Part shown: in pieces, positions 1-10,011 of the stretch | Position numbering within the stretch: the stretch's first letter is position 1 | Layout of the letters: every line of letters starts with the position of its first letter | IMG/VR virus record: IMGVR_UViG_3300037067_006949 | Coordinates: 32,001-96,000 of that record | Reading direction: 5' to 3' (one strand) | Origin: a virus | Taxonomy: Duplodnaviria > Caudoviricetes | DNA: 64,000 nucleotides | Position numbers and translations under genes: made by a program | Notes under the pieces: generated by a model | Told to the model about the DNA's origin: nothing | The model's database searches: none | Seen by the model: only the letters and a program-made list of their open reading frames with translations

Positions 1-174
1 CCAGTCAAAAAGAGATGCCATATGGAAAAAGATATGATTGGATATTATCAAACTATTGGCGAGATAAACGGAATTACTTATGCAAGAGATACGTACATGG
101 CACTAATGGAATTGAAATATCAAATTGTCATTTCCGGCATAAAATGAACCTTTTAAGTAAGGGAGAAAAAAATA

Positions 175-396
175 ATGAACTTTGAAAATATGGTAAAGAT
201 GTTTCAAGTTTCAGATTATATATTTGCCGTTTTTAGTGGTGGAACACACGATGGCCAAAGAATTAAGCTTGATTCTATTAAGGCGACGATTTGGTTCTCA
301 AAACCACTAGAAGTCTATTCCTTTAGCTATCTTTGCTACGATAATACTTGGGCGTTTAAATTGATCGAAAATGAAAAAGGAGGAGACCATGGATAA
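175..396 (+). CDS. hypothetical protein
   Basis: ORF with GGGAG RBS directly after site 138. Confidence 0.6.
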   Translation: MNFENMVKMFQVSDYIFAVFSGGTHDGQRIKLDSIKATIWFSKPLEVYSFSYLCYDNTWAFKLIENEKGGDHG

Positions 397-652
397 GATT
401 TTGAACGAAGTCAAAGAAATGCGCAAAGAATTTCTGGATAACTTATTGCTTGATCAACTTCATAGCAAATCTTATATTGATGAGAAATGCACGAAATGTG
501 CTTTTCATAGTGAGATTTTCCATAACAATCGTGTGATCCATCTTTGTAATGATGTATGGTCTGGAGACTGGCATGTTGGGAAGCACATTTTTTATTCTGA
601 AACAAAGGATATTTGTATAGAATGCGATGGGTTTAAGGACAAAAATGGATAA
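389..652 (+). CDS. hypothetical Cys-rich protein
   Basis: AGGAG RBS before ATG 389; CxxC motifs. Confidence 0.6.
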   Translation: MDKILNEVKEMRKEFLDNLLLDQLHSKSYIDEKCTKCAFHSEIFHNNRVIHLCNDVWSGDWHVGKHIFYSETKDICIECDGFKDKNG

Positions 653-1088
653 AATTGAACTAGCAAAGTCGTTTGCTTATATATATCATAGAGATCAAAA
701 ATATGGTGAAGAACCTTATTACAATCACTTATGGCGAGTTTTTGATGCTGTAAAGAAGGCTGGTTATGGAGAAGATTATCAAATTGTAGCTTTGCTTCAT
801 GATTCTGTTGAAGACACTAGTATGAGTTATGAGACAATTGAGAGAAATTTTGGCGTTGAAATAGCAGGTGATATTGCATCTATTACCCATATAGAGCGCG
901 AAAAATACTTTGATTATATTCGAGAATCCGTGATGCATAACGAGGTTGCCAAAGTAGTTAAGTTCTTTGACTTGATGGACAATCTTGAGCATGGTTTCTT
1001 GAATGAAAAATACGCCTCTTTAATTCCGAGATATAAAAAAGCGTTACAGATTATGACTTTGGGAGATGTGAAATGGGAAGACAAATAG
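645..1088 (+). CDS. HD-domain small alarmone ((p)ppGpp) hydrolase, RelA/SpoT HD/Mesh1-like
   Basis: Motifs HRDQKYG..PY..HL, ALLHDSVEDT and VKFFDLMDNL, typical of SpoT-type HD hydrolases. Confidence 0.8.
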   Translation: MDKIELAKSFAYIYHRDQKYGEEPYYNHLWRVFDAVKKAGYGEDYQIVALLHDSVEDTSMSYETIERNFGVEIAGDIASITHIEREKYFDYIRESVMHNEVAKVVKFFDLMDNLEHGFLNEKYASLIPRYKKALQIMTLGDVKWEDK

Positions 1089-1390
1089 CAAAACAACCTA
1101 ATGGTTTATATGCGGTATGGTCTAGTATTGCTGACGATTTTATTGTTGAGGACGCAACAGAAGAAGAGATTCGCAATTGGTGGATAAAAGATGCTATTGA
1201 GGATGCAACTGAAAGGGCTAATAGAAGTTTAAACGATTCGTTTATGAGAATTGAGAAAAATGGTACAGATAATTGGGGAGATGACTACAAATATCTGTCA
1301 GAAATTCGTGATGAAGTTCATGGAGAACATAACAATTGCGACGCTTGCGATTTAGATTATCCTATTTGTAATAATTGTTTAGGCGCTTAA
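1073..1390 (+). CDS. hypothetical protein
   Basis: ORF in co-oriented operon. Confidence 0.65.
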   Translation: MGRQIAKQPNGLYAVWSSIADDFIVEDATEEEIRNWWIKDAIEDATERANRSLNDSFMRIEKNGTDNWGDDYKYLSEIRDEVHGEHNNCDACDLDYPICNNCLGA

Positions 1391-1399
1391 GGAGATTTT

Positions 1400-2491
1400 A
1401 TGTCGTCATTGATTGTAAAGATTTGTAAAGTTGAAAACGTTACCAAACATCCGAATGCTGATAGGCTGTCAATAGCTACTGTGGGCGGTTGGAATTGTAT
1501 TGTTGGTCTTGATCAATACAAGACTGGAGATAAGGTTGTTTTTATTCCTCCCGATTGTGTTATTCCAAATAACCTAATTGAGAAATATAATCTTGAATAT
1601 TTAAAACACAATGGTCGTACCGGAACGGTAAAGCTTCGCGGTTACATTTCTCAAGGTTTGATTTTGGATGTTCCAGAAGGCAGTTGGAAAGTGGGAGATG
1701 ACGTTGCTAATGCCATGGGCATTACAAAATATGAACAGCCAGAGCCCAAATTCTCAATTGGCGGCGCAAGACAATCAACCAAGAGGAAACTAAATCCGTT
1801 GTTTGATAAATACACTGATATCGAGAACATTAACAACTTCAATGACGTGTTTAAAGATGGTGATCTGGTGGTTGTAACCGAAAAAATCCATGGATGCAAT
1901 GGCAGATGGTCTTTGTTACCAATTGCATATAGTAACAAATTACCGTTGATTGAAAAGATTAAGTTTGTATGGAATAAATATATCCTAAAAAAGAAATTTG
2001 AATTTGTATATGGTAGCCATAACGTTCAGTTGACTAGTGATTCAAGAACTAAAAACTTTTATGGCGATGATGTTTGGGGAAAAATTGCGAAGAAATATGA
2101 TCTGGCAAATAAAATTTCAGAAAACACTATCGTTTATGGCGAAGTTTATGGAGAGGGAATTCAAGATTTGACTTATGGTTTGAAGGGCATTGACTTTGCA
2201 ATATTTGATATCAAACGTGATGGGATATATTTGAATTGGGAAGAGGTTGTAAATTATTGTATTCAGCATGGTCTGCCTAATGTTCCTATGATTTCCTGTA
2301 ATGTGAAATTTGATAAAAACAAATTGAAAGATTGGACTGACGGAAAATCGTTTGTTTATAAGGAACAGTTTCGTGAGGGGTGTGTCATTAAACCGATGAT
2401 TGAAGAAAATGATCCTAGAATTGGCAGAAAGATTTTGAAGAGTGTGAGCACAGAATATCTTACTCGCAAGGGTGGAACAGAATTTCAATAA
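1400..2491 (+). CDS. RNA ligase, DRB0094/Rnl5-like, with N-terminal tRNA-binding OB fold
   Basis: N-terminal HPNADRL; ligase motif I TEKIHG; YGEVYG, FDIK, EGCVIK, KILK. Confidence 0.85.
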   Translation: MSSLIVKICKVENVTKHPNADRLSIATVGGWNCIVGLDQYKTGDKVVFIPPDCVIPNNLIEKYNLEYLKHNGRTGTVKLRGYISQGLILDVPEGSWKVGDDVANAMGITKYEQPEPKFSIGGARQSTKRKLNPLFDKYTDIENINNFNDVFKDGDLVVVTEKIHGCNGRWSLLPIAYSNKLPLIEKIKFVWNKYILKKKFEFVYGSHNVQLTSDSRTKNFYGDDVWGKIAKKYDLANKISENTIVYGEVYGEGIQDLTYGLKGIDFAIFDIKRDGIYLNWEEVVNYCIQHGLPNVPMISCNVKFDKNKLKDWTDGKSFVYKEQFREGCVIKPMIEENDPRIGRKILKSVSTEYLTRKGGTEFQ

Positions 2492-2521
2492 AATGGTTAT
2501 TTTATGAGAAAAGGAGTTTGA

Positions 2522-2794
2522 ATGGGTAGTTATTGCGAAGTTAGACAGATTTATAGCGGAACAGCATTTATCAATGTGCAAGAAAATATTGATGGAAGGG
2601 TTATGGTTTGGGGGAGCACATATACAAATAAAACTGTTTTAGTTTTTAATGGGATTAATTTTTCGCTGTATCAATTTGAGAATGAGGAATTTTTTAAAGA
2701 GTGGTTGGAAAATAACAGATACAATAGTAATGAAATATTTTTGTTACAGTATGATAACGAATTACGAAAAAATGTTATCGTAAAAATTGATTAA
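2522..2794 (+). CDS. hypothetical protein (single-gene unit between sites 2487 and 2790)
   Basis: AAGGAG RBS; stop lies in left arm of site 2790. Confidence 0.65.
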   Translation: MGSYCEVRQIYSGTAFINVQENIDGRVMVWGSTYTNKTVLVFNGINFSLYQFENEEFFKEWLENNRYNSNEIFLLQYDNELRKNVIVKID

Positions 2795-2823
2795 AATAGT
2801 TCTTTTAATCAGACGGAGAATTT

Positions 2824-2973
2824 ATGAAAAAATATTATATATTTAGATGGAAGATAAATAAAATTATTCATGTTATTAAAATGATAATTAGCCCCGAATA
2901 TAGAAAGCAACAAAGGTCGTATATTATTCATCTTGAAGAATCAAGAAAAGAAATTGAAGAATTATTAAAATAA
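2824..2973 (+). CDS. small hypothetical protein (49 aa)
   Basis: GGAG RBS; fills the interval between sites 2790 and 2981; below ORF-track cutoff. Confidence 0.5.
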   Translation: MKKYYIFRWKINKIIHVIKMIISPEYRKQQRSYIIHLEESRKEIEELLK

Positions 2974-3017
2974 CTTTATGCTTAAAACAATTATTCTATG
3001 TAAGTTTTTGGTGACAA

Positions 3018-3197
3018 ATGAGAATAAAAAACAATAAAATGATAAAAAGAAAGACGACAATAAGAATAGATCAAACTTGTTCTGTTTGTCTAGGCGCTAT
3101 TATAAGGGGTTCAGACGTTTGGGTAATAAGTAATTTGCGTGGCAAAAATAGAAAATATTATCACATTGAATGCGGAGACAACATAAATGAGTTTTGA
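3018..3197 (+). CDS. small zinc-finger protein (CxxC...HxxC), paralog of 4802..5005
   Basis: Manual translation MRIKNNKMIKRKTTIRIDQTCSVC...KNRKYYHIECG. Confidence 0.6.
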   Translation: MRIKNNKMIKRKTTIRIDQTCSVCLGAIIRGSDVWVISNLRGKNRKYYHIECGDNINEF

Positions 3198-4305
3198 ACA
3201 ATACAATAATACAATTATTCAAGGAAATGTTTTAGAAGTATTAAGGTCTTTACCATCAAATTTTATAAATATGATTATCACCAGTCCTCCATATTGGGGA
3301 TTGCGAGATTATGGTCTGCCAGATGCAATTTGGGGCGGAAATCCTGATTGCAATCATAATTGGATTGAAAATGTGAGGCATCCTGCTGGCGGAATGGGGA
3401 GTAAGGGTGCTAATGTTGGCGCTAATAGGAACGATTTTGCCAACATGAGAGATCATGACGTGATCAGTAACACTTGTGTAAAATGTGGCGCATGGAAAGG
3501 ACAATTGGGGCAAGAACCAGACTTTCACGATTACATAAAGCATTTGGTTGAAATTTTCAATGAAGCTGGTAGAACCATGGTAGATGATGGCTCCCTATGG
3601 GTAAATTTGGGTGATAGTTATGCTGGAAGTAATCAAGGTTCTGGCACAGAAAAAATAAGCGATAAACAAAAAAGTAATCGTGGCACAAATTATATGAATA
3701 CCTTAAATCACAAAAGTATTTTATCCAAAATTGATGTTCGTTCTAAATCTCTCGTTGGCATTCCAGATCGTTTCAAAGTTGCTATGATTGATTCTGGATG
3801 GATTTGCCGTAACGAAATTATATGGCACAAGCCAAATCAAATGCCATCGTCCGTCAAAGATCGTTTTACTGTTGATTTTGAGAAATTTTATTTTTTCACT
3901 AAGAATGAAAAATATTATTTCGAACAACAGCTAGAAGAGAGCGAATGGGCGAAGATAGATAAACGGGCCGAAACTGGAGCAACTCTTGGTCAAAAAGGTT
4001 CTCAGGGAGGGTATGCACAAAACGAATCTGGAAAATACAGAAAAGACAAGATGCGGAATATGCGTTGTGTGTGGAGCATAAACACCAAACCGCTTAAAGA
4101 GGCTCATTTTGCCGTTTATCCAGAGGGATTGATTGAAACTCCAATTAAAGCTTGTTGCCCTAAAAATGGCATTGTTTTAGACCCATTTTTCGGTTCTGGA
4201 ACATCTGGATTGTCATCTAAGAAATTGGGCAGAAATTATATCGGAATTGATCTCAATCCTGATTATATTGAAATTGCAAGAAATAGAATAGATAAAGTCA
4301 CATAA
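3187..4305 (+). CDS. DNA amino-methyltransferase (N4-C/N6-A, beta class)
   Basis: TSPPY catalytic motif near N-terminus; DPFFGSGT SAM-binding motif near C-terminus. Confidence 0.9.
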   Translation: MSFEQYNNTIIQGNVLEVLRSLPSNFINMIITSPPYWGLRDYGLPDAIWGGNPDCNHNWIENVRHPAGGMGSKGANVGANRNDFANMRDHDVISNTCVKCGAWKGQLGQEPDFHDYIKHLVEIFNEAGRTMVDDGSLWVNLGDSYAGSNQGSGTEKISDKQKSNRGTNYMNTLNHKSILSKIDVRSKSLVGIPDRFKVAMIDSGWICRNEIIWHKPNQMPSSVKDRFTVDFEKFYFFTKNEKYYFEQQLEESEWAKIDKRAETGATLGQKGSQGGYAQNESGKYRKDKMRNMRCVWSINTKPLKEAHFAVYPEGLIETPIKACCPKNGIVLDPFFGSGTSGLSSKKLGRNYIGIDLNPDYIEIARNRIDKVT

Positions 4306-4338
4306 AATTCGAGTTTTAAGCAGATTTAAGGAGAAAAT

Positions 4339-4734
4339 ATGAAAATAGAAAAGAATTTTGTTACATTTTTAAGCCCAGGGACATTTTTTAGCGAAGAAAC
4401 AGTTAAAGAAATTGATTCTTGGGACGTAAATAAGGCGGTAGAAATGTCTAAAAATATTGTAGAACGTTATGATGCAACGCCTTATGCGTTTTATTTTACG
4501 ACTCGTGCTAGAGATGATTATGATCTTGATAGTAAACAGATTGATGAAAGCGTTATATATTATCTGGGCGGTGAAATTCGTAGTTTGAAAGACGTTGAAT
4601 TAGAGCTTAATCCAGACAATAATATTCTTATTGAAAATATGAGAAACAATGGTTACAAAAGAGTAATTACCAATTCTGGAAAGTGGAAGAGTGTGCATCC
4701 ACTTAAGGACGGCGATATTGTTTTACAGTATTAA
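4339..4734 (+). CDS. hypothetical protein
   Basis: AAGGAG RBS; between sites 4301 and 4741. Confidence 0.7.
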   Translation: MKIEKNFVTFLSPGTFFSEETVKEIDSWDVNKAVEMSKNIVERYDATPYAFYFTTRARDDYDLDSKQIDESVIYYLGGEIRSLKDVELELNPDNNILIENMRNNGYKRVITNSGKWKSVHPLKDGDIVLQY

Positions 4735-4801
4735 AATTTACATAAAATCTTAGTTTTAAGCATAACACATAGAATTTCAATTTTAAGTAAAGGTGGTTTT
4801 C

Positions 4802-5005
4802 ATGACTATCAAAAATGATAAAATTATTATTAGAAAAATTACGACTAGGGAAAACCAGTTCTGTAATTGGTGTGGAATGGAGATTCCAGAATACACAAAA
4901 GTCATTCTTGCTAGTGATAACAAGGGGAATAACAGAAAATATTATCACATTGAGTGTATAGAAGAAGAGATCAAAACAATCGAGTTCTATCATAAAAATC
5001 CTTGA
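4802..5005 (+). CDS. small zinc-finger protein (CxxC...HxxC), paralog of 3018..3197
   Basis: CNWC...NRKYYHIEC. Confidence 0.6.
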   Translation: MTIKNDKIIIRKITTRENQFCNWCGMEIPEYTKVILASDNKGNNRKYYHIECIEEEIKTIEFYHKNP

Positions 5006-5030
5006 CAGAATGATGGATGTGTGGTAAGAT
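5002..5030 (+). promoter_or_regulatory. sigma70-type promoter with extended -10
   Basis: TTGACA-17 nt-TAAGAT with TG upstream of -10. Confidence 0.75.
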
Positions 5031-5368
5031 TATAGACATTGGAGGGAGATATTATGTTCAAGATTCCTGGAGATTTCAAACCTAGTTTGTTACTGAAAAT
5101 ACTTTGGTATGTGAGCGATATGTTGCTGGTGATTATTGTTACTCTTTTCACACTATTTATGTTTGAATTGATTTTTGGAGTATAATTATGAAATACACAT
5201 CTAAACAATGTAAATATTGCAAAAACGTTTCAAAACTTGATAAAAATGGTAACGTTTACTATGCTGGTGGCATAATGCATAATTCCTGTTGGTATTGTGG
5301 AACGTCTTTTGGAAGTCAACATTGTTTAAAGTTGCTTAAAAATTAGATTTTATGTAAAAGGAGGAAAT

Positions 5369-5674
5369 ATGGGTGAATTTAAAGGAACAAAAATAGGTGA
5401 ATGTGCCGGAAGTTTTGAAACTTTGGTTATGCGTCCTTCATTTCATCAAGATGACATCTTTGATCAGGTAATTTATGTTGCTGAATCTGAAGATACGGTA
5501 TCCGTGGCAAGTTTGCAATATTATGACAGGAAGAACAATACCGGAAGTCAATATTCACATTTTTGGTTCACTCCAGAAGAGATTGATATTTTGGTAAAAG
5601 CTCTTCTTGAAGCAAAGGAAAAGGTTGTCAACGCATTGTCAATACAAAGTGAAAATATTGTCAATACAAAATAA
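5369..5674 (+). CDS. hypothetical protein
   Basis: AGGAGG RBS after site 5335. Confidence 0.7.
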   Translation: MGEFKGTKIGECAGSFETLVMRPSFHQDDIFDQVIYVAESEDTVSVASLQYYDRKNNTGSQYSHFWFTPEEIDILVKALLEAKEKVVNALSIQSENIVNTK

Positions 5675-5803
5675 AAGATTGCGAGGACAATAATGATTGC
5701 AAGAATAAAATCTTGGATGTATGATCAGATGTGGAAATTGATTAAATTTATAACAGAATGTATTTCTGAAGAATTACAATAAAAGACTTGTTTTAAGGAG
5801 AAT

Positions 5804-6082
5804 ATGATGAATTTTATTGAAAAAATTAGGAATGCCATTGGGGATGACATGGAAGTTGTCAGATTTGCCTTTTGGAATAAGGAAATGGCAGTTTATTTGT
5901 GGGAAAAAGAAATTCCAATTTCTGTATTCCCATTTCAAGAATCAAGCTATGACAATATTGTTCTTGATGTGGAGGGATATGAATGGAAATTGACTACATT
6001 CCAAGTTGAAAAAATTGGTGAGGTTATGAATATCTTGAGAGAAAGCATAACCGAAATTAGAGAATTGACAAAAGATTTATAA
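5804..6082 (+). CDS. hypothetical protein
   Basis: RBS AAGGAG formed by right arm of site 5778. Confidence 0.7.
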   Translation: MMNFIEKIRNAIGDDMEVVRFAFWNKEMAVYLWEKEIPISVFPFQESSYDNIVLDVEGYEWKLTTFQVEKIGEVMNILRESITEIRELTKDL

Positions 6083-6118
6083 CAAAACTAAGAAAGAAAA
6101 TATGAGAGGAGAAAAACA

Positions 6119-6376
6119 ATGGTTAGGAATTTGAGCATTACATGGGAAGACAAAAACAAGTGGATTGATATTGATGGTCGTAAAGGATTCAATATCCTTT
6201 ATAGTAGCGTACCAACGGGTTATGGTATGCAATGCAATTATGATGAAGCTGACGATTCTAAGGAGTATAAAATGGTGCTAGATGTTCTCAAAAATATTAG
6301 GGATAATGTTTCCAAATTAATCGAACTCAACGAAACTCCATTTGAAAAAGACACCGAAGGTTTGACTTACGAATAA
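6119..6376 (+). CDS. hypothetical protein
   Basis: GAGGAG RBS. Confidence 0.65.
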   Translation: MVRNLSITWEDKNKWIDIDGRKGFNILYSSVPTGYGMQCNYDEADDSKEYKMVLDVLKNIRDNVSKLIELNETPFEKDTEGLTYE

Positions 6377-6407
6377 AAATTACTTAAAATTGATCTTTTA
6401 AGCATAA

Positions 6408-6761
6408 ATGTTACATTCGCGCTTATCCAGACGAAAATATAAGCGCAGAAGGAACAGAGGAATGAAAATTCAATATTGCTTTCTATCATGGCTCGATTCT
6501 ATTTTGAGTGGATGGATACCCGTCAAACGAAGGCTACCGCGACATAAACATAAATCAGTAACGCTTGGCATACTTTGCTTCTGCTTACTTGATGGCTATT
6601 ATCCAGCCGTGTGTTTATTTTCTTCGGCAGATAAAAAGTGGTTCAGGGAAAATAGTCATGAAGATATTACAGAAAATGTAACTCACTGGAAGTCCTCTGT
6701 TACCCCTCCAATATTTTTCACTGAATGGATAATAAACAAGAGGAGGAACAACAATGAGTAA
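6408..6761 (+). CDS. hypothetical protein (start uncertain)
   Basis: ORF after site 6383. Confidence 0.5.
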   Translation: MLHSRLSRRKYKRRRNRGMKIQYCFLSWLDSILSGWIPVKRRLPRHKHKSVTLGILCFCLLDGYYPAVCLFSSADKKWFRENSHEDITENVTHWKSSVTPPIFFTEWIINKRRNNNE

Positions 6762-6990
6762 ACCAGAATCTTATCATCTTAATAATGGATGTTGGAACTG
6801 TAGGTTTAAAAGCAGAACTTCAATTGTATATGACACATTTTGCATATTCGGAAATGAATATGCAAAATTCTACGATTTGGACGACATAGAAGATGATGAT
6901 GAATGGGAGAAAAAAAGAAGATTAAATTCTGAATATACCAAAAGGTGTACGGCTAAACCATATGGGCATTGTGATGAGTGGAAAATTTAA
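6754..6990 (+). CDS. hypothetical Cys-rich protein
   Basis: AGGAGG RBS. Confidence 0.6.
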   Translation: MSKPESYHLNNGCWNCRFKSRTSIVYDTFCIFGNEYAKFYDLDDIEDDDEWEKKRRLNSEYTKRCTAKPYGHCDEWKI

Positions 6991-7002
6991 GGAGAATGAA
7001 TA

Positions 7003-7362
7003 ATGAGTTTTATACAAAAATTAATTGATGATACTAATAAAGGTGATTGGGATTTTTATTGGAAGTATAACGAAGGATCGGACACTTTTACTTTGAATAA
7101 ACCCAAACATTATTTGACTGGATTGAATTTTACAACCGCCAATAAAAGCAAATCTGTTATTTTTCCTAATGGGTCAGAATTGTTTACTGAGCAATTGGGC
7201 AATCTTGAAACCGCCGTTAGATCGTCTTTATTGAGTACGATGAATCAAAGCATTGAAATGTATTTGGCAAATAAAGAGTTGACTCCAGATCAAGAAGCAA
7301 TTTTGGCTGAACAAGAAAGCAAAAAGAATGCGGTGGAACCCAAAGCAAAAGTAGAAAAATAA
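7003..7362 (+). CDS. hypothetical protein
   Basis: AAGGAG RBS. Confidence 0.7.
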   Translation: MSFIQKLIDDTNKGDWDFYWKYNEGSDTFTLNKPKHYLTGLNFTTANKSKSVIFPNGSELFTEQLGNLETAVRSSLLSTMNQSIEMYLANKELTPDQEAILAEQESKKNAVEPKAKVEK

Positions 7363-7363
7363 T

Positions 7364-7696
7364 ATGCTAAAAGTGTATACGTCTCAATATAAATATGATG
7401 GCGAAAATCGCCTTGACATTACGGTAAAGACTGGTTTGCAGATGTTTGCGCCCACATGGGATATGGTAAATGGAGTAAAAAGAGAAGAATCATATTCTCA
7501 TGAGAAATATACCAAAGAATATTATGAAAAAATGCGCACGTCTTATAAAACGCATAGGCTGGAGTGGGATTGGCTTTTGAAACAGGATAGAGTGGTTCTT
7601 GTGTGTTTTTGTAAAGCCGGAGATTTTTGCCATAGATTACTTTTGGCTGATATATTAGTAAAATTGGGCGCAAAATATATAGGAGAAATTCCTTAA
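7364..7696 (+). CDS. DUF488-like protein
   Basis: APT motif and C-terminal LVCFC...FCHRLLLA pattern typical of DUF488 families. Confidence 0.6.
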   Translation: MLKVYTSQYKYDGENRLDITVKTGLQMFAPTWDMVNGVKREESYSHEKYTKEYYEKMRTSYKTHRLEWDWLLKQDRVVLVCFCKAGDFCHRLLLADILVKLGAKYIGEIP

Positions 7697-7892
7697 AAGG
7701 AACTTTATGTATAAAGAAGTCATAGTTTATTTAAAAGATGGCACTAAAGACCTTATTGATCCGGTAAACAGCAAAGAAGATGTAAAATATTATGATGATG
7801 TAATCATTATTAGTAACGGATATAATGATTATGAATATGACAAAAGCAAAGTTGATAAAATTGAAATTATAGATATTGTTTAGGGAGAAACT

Positions 7893-8483
7893 ATGCAAGA
7901 CAGAGAAGTAAAACATCCAAGCGAAATGACTAGAGAAGAATTGCTAGATTTAGTATGGCAAATGAGTTCTTCGGCTTTAGATTTGGCACAGCATCTTGAA
8001 AGTACGGAATGGTTAAAGGTTCAGTACAGGAAAAAATGCTATGAACGCGCTATTCAAATGGCTTGGCAAATTTGTAATGCATGGGAGTACGAGCGTAAAG
8101 AGGGCAATATGCAAATCGCATATTTCGGCGGAAACGGATTGGAAGTTATTAACGGAGATGTTTCTCAATTAGTAGATGGAACGTTGCCGACTTCTGCGCC
8201 TGATGAAGATAAAGAATTAGATTACAATGATTTTGAACAGTTATATATGGCATTAGATGGTTGGATTCCTTCTGAACAAGAGATAAAAGAACTTGATAAT
8301 CATTTCAAATATTTCAGAGAATTAACAGAAGATAAAGTGGGAAAAGATCACGTTGATGTAAAGGTTAAAACTTTGAATAGAATGGCGTATAAATCTGAAT
8401 TTATACACGACTTGGCCAAGGCGAGTAGAAAATTGTTAGACATGATCGACAAAGACGCATGGATACCAAAAACATTGGATTAA
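7893..8483 (+). CDS. hypothetical protein
   Basis: GGGAG RBS, 196 aa ORF. Confidence 0.7.
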   Translation: MQDREVKHPSEMTREELLDLVWQMSSSALDLAQHLESTEWLKVQYRKKCYERAIQMAWQICNAWEYERKEGNMQIAYFGGNGLEVINGDVSQLVDGTLPTSAPDEDKELDYNDFEQLYMALDGWIPSEQEIKELDNHFKYFRELTEDKVGKDHVDVKVKTLNRMAYKSEFIHDLAKASRKLLDMIDKDAWIPKTLD

Positions 8484-8496
8484 GAGGAGATTTATT

Positions 8497-8727
8497 TTGA
8501 TTAACGTTTGGGTTTTTATTATAGCATGTGTTATTTTTATTGGTATTTTAATCAGAGAATTTTTACACGACAAAGATATGGAAGACAAATATAAAGCCTT
8601 GCAAGAGGCTAACGAAGGTTTGATAATGGTTTTAGGATATTATTCCATGCGCTTTGGACAAATTACAACTGAAGACCTTACAAATATGGTAGGGATTGAG
8701 GCAGAAAAGTTGAGGTTAAAAAAATGA
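8497..8727 (+). CDS. small membrane protein
   Basis: N-terminal hydrophobic helix; GAGGAG RBS. Confidence 0.6.
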   Translation: MINVWVFIIACVIFIGILIREFLHDKDMEDKYKALQEANEGLIMVLGYYSMRFGQITTEDLTNMVGIEAEKLRLKK

Positions 8728-9326
8728 ATGGTGTAGACAAAATAAATACGTTCAAAAAAGAATTAGAATTTGTTAAAAATCCGCAAATCAAGTTGTTTGC
8801 AGAAAAGGCAATTGAAAGTTTGCCAGACTACTTTTTTACGATTCCTGCATCAAGTACGGGTAAATATCATCCGTCTTATGCGCTTGGCGACGGAGGCCTT
8901 GTTAGGCACACAATTGCAGCCGTAAGGATCGCTATCGAATTATTCAGAACTGGATTATGGAAATTCACCGACGATCATAAAGATTTGATTTTGGTTGGAC
9001 TTATTCTTCACGATGGATTCAAGTCTGGTAGCCCTCAAGAAAAGTATAGCAAAACAGATCATCCCAAAATCGTTTCATATGAAATTTCTCACAACGAATC
9101 ATTGAAAGGTTTGATTCCGCAAGAACAGATGGATTATTTGTTGAGTAACATAGCAACGCACATGGGACGTTGGGTTTTTGACTATAAAACCAAAGAAAAA
9201 GTTTTGGAAGAACCGAAAACTCCATCACAAATATTTACTCATCTTGCAGATTATCTTGCCAGTCGTAAGCAATTAGAATTCAATTTTGACGTAGAAATTT
9301 CAAAAGAGGACGAGCCAAAGGCATAA
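8724..9326 (+). CDS. HD-domain phosphohydrolase (YhaM-like HD domain)
   Basis: PAS..GKYHP...GGLVRHT, LHDGFK, HMG, HLADYLAS. Confidence 0.8.
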   Translation: MNGVDKINTFKKELEFVKNPQIKLFAEKAIESLPDYFFTIPASSTGKYHPSYALGDGGLVRHTIAAVRIAIELFRTGLWKFTDDHKDLILVGLILHDGFKSGSPQEKYSKTDHPKIVSYEISHNESLKGLIPQEQMDYLLSNIATHMGRWVFDYKTKEKVLEEPKTPSQIFTHLADYLASRKQLEFNFDVEISKEDEPKA

Positions 9327-9327
9327 C

Positions 9328-9672
9328 GTGACTATTAAGTGGAAAATATTCTTATTTTTTAGCGACATATCTAGATGGATTTACCGTTTGATATGGAAAA
9401 TATGTCATATAAGGTTGTATAAAAATCCAGAGAAATATATACCAAAGGATATGCCATATTGTTATGAATACACTGGAGAAATGATTACCAGATCAGTACC
9501 GTGGGGATTAGATCAATGGGGAAGAAAAAGATTTATTGATGCTTCTTTTACAGAAACTAAGCCTTGCATTTTTCACAAAAATTTATGGAATTTAGATTTA
9601 TGTATGTTTAATGGAAGTGATTGTTGCATGGATTCTTGTAAAACTTGCGGAATAAATGACTATTTAGATTAA
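9328..9672 (+). CDS. hypothetical Cys-rich protein
   Basis: ORF in operon. Confidence 0.55.
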   Translation: MTIKWKIFLFFSDISRWIYRLIWKICHIRLYKNPEKYIPKDMPYCYEYTGEMITRSVPWGLDQWGRKRFIDASFTETKPCIFHKNLWNLDLCMFNGSDCCMDSCKTCGINDYLD

Positions 9673-9690
9673 TTTTCATAAGGAGATAAA

Positions 9691-9981
9691 ATGAGTGCTG
9701 ATACCGGAATTTATATTGCTAAATTTCCAGAAGGTTATAGAGTAACCGAAGTCGTTCAATGTATTGAAAATGTTTATTATTATAATCCTGGCACAAAAAG
9801 ACGTAAAAAAGAATTGGAAGCATATTTTGGCAATAGTGAAGTTTATCCGACGCGAGAACTTGCGTCTAGTAAGGCTTGGAAAATCTATGATGAGTACAAT
9901 CGTGAAGAAGAAGATTCTGGGATGGGATGCCCAATCGAATATGGCATTAGCTATATTGGTGAATATGAAAGTTTTGAATAA
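9691..9981 (+). CDS. hypothetical protein
   Basis: AAGGAG RBS; stop in left arm of site 9977. Confidence 0.7.
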   Translation: MSADTGIYIAKFPEGYRVTEVVQCIENVYYYNPGTKRRKKELEAYFGNSEVYPTRELASSKAWKIYDEYNREEEDSGMGCPIEYGISYIGEYESFE

Positions 9982-10011
9982 AACTGGCATTTTAAGCAAA
10001 TTTGGAGGATA

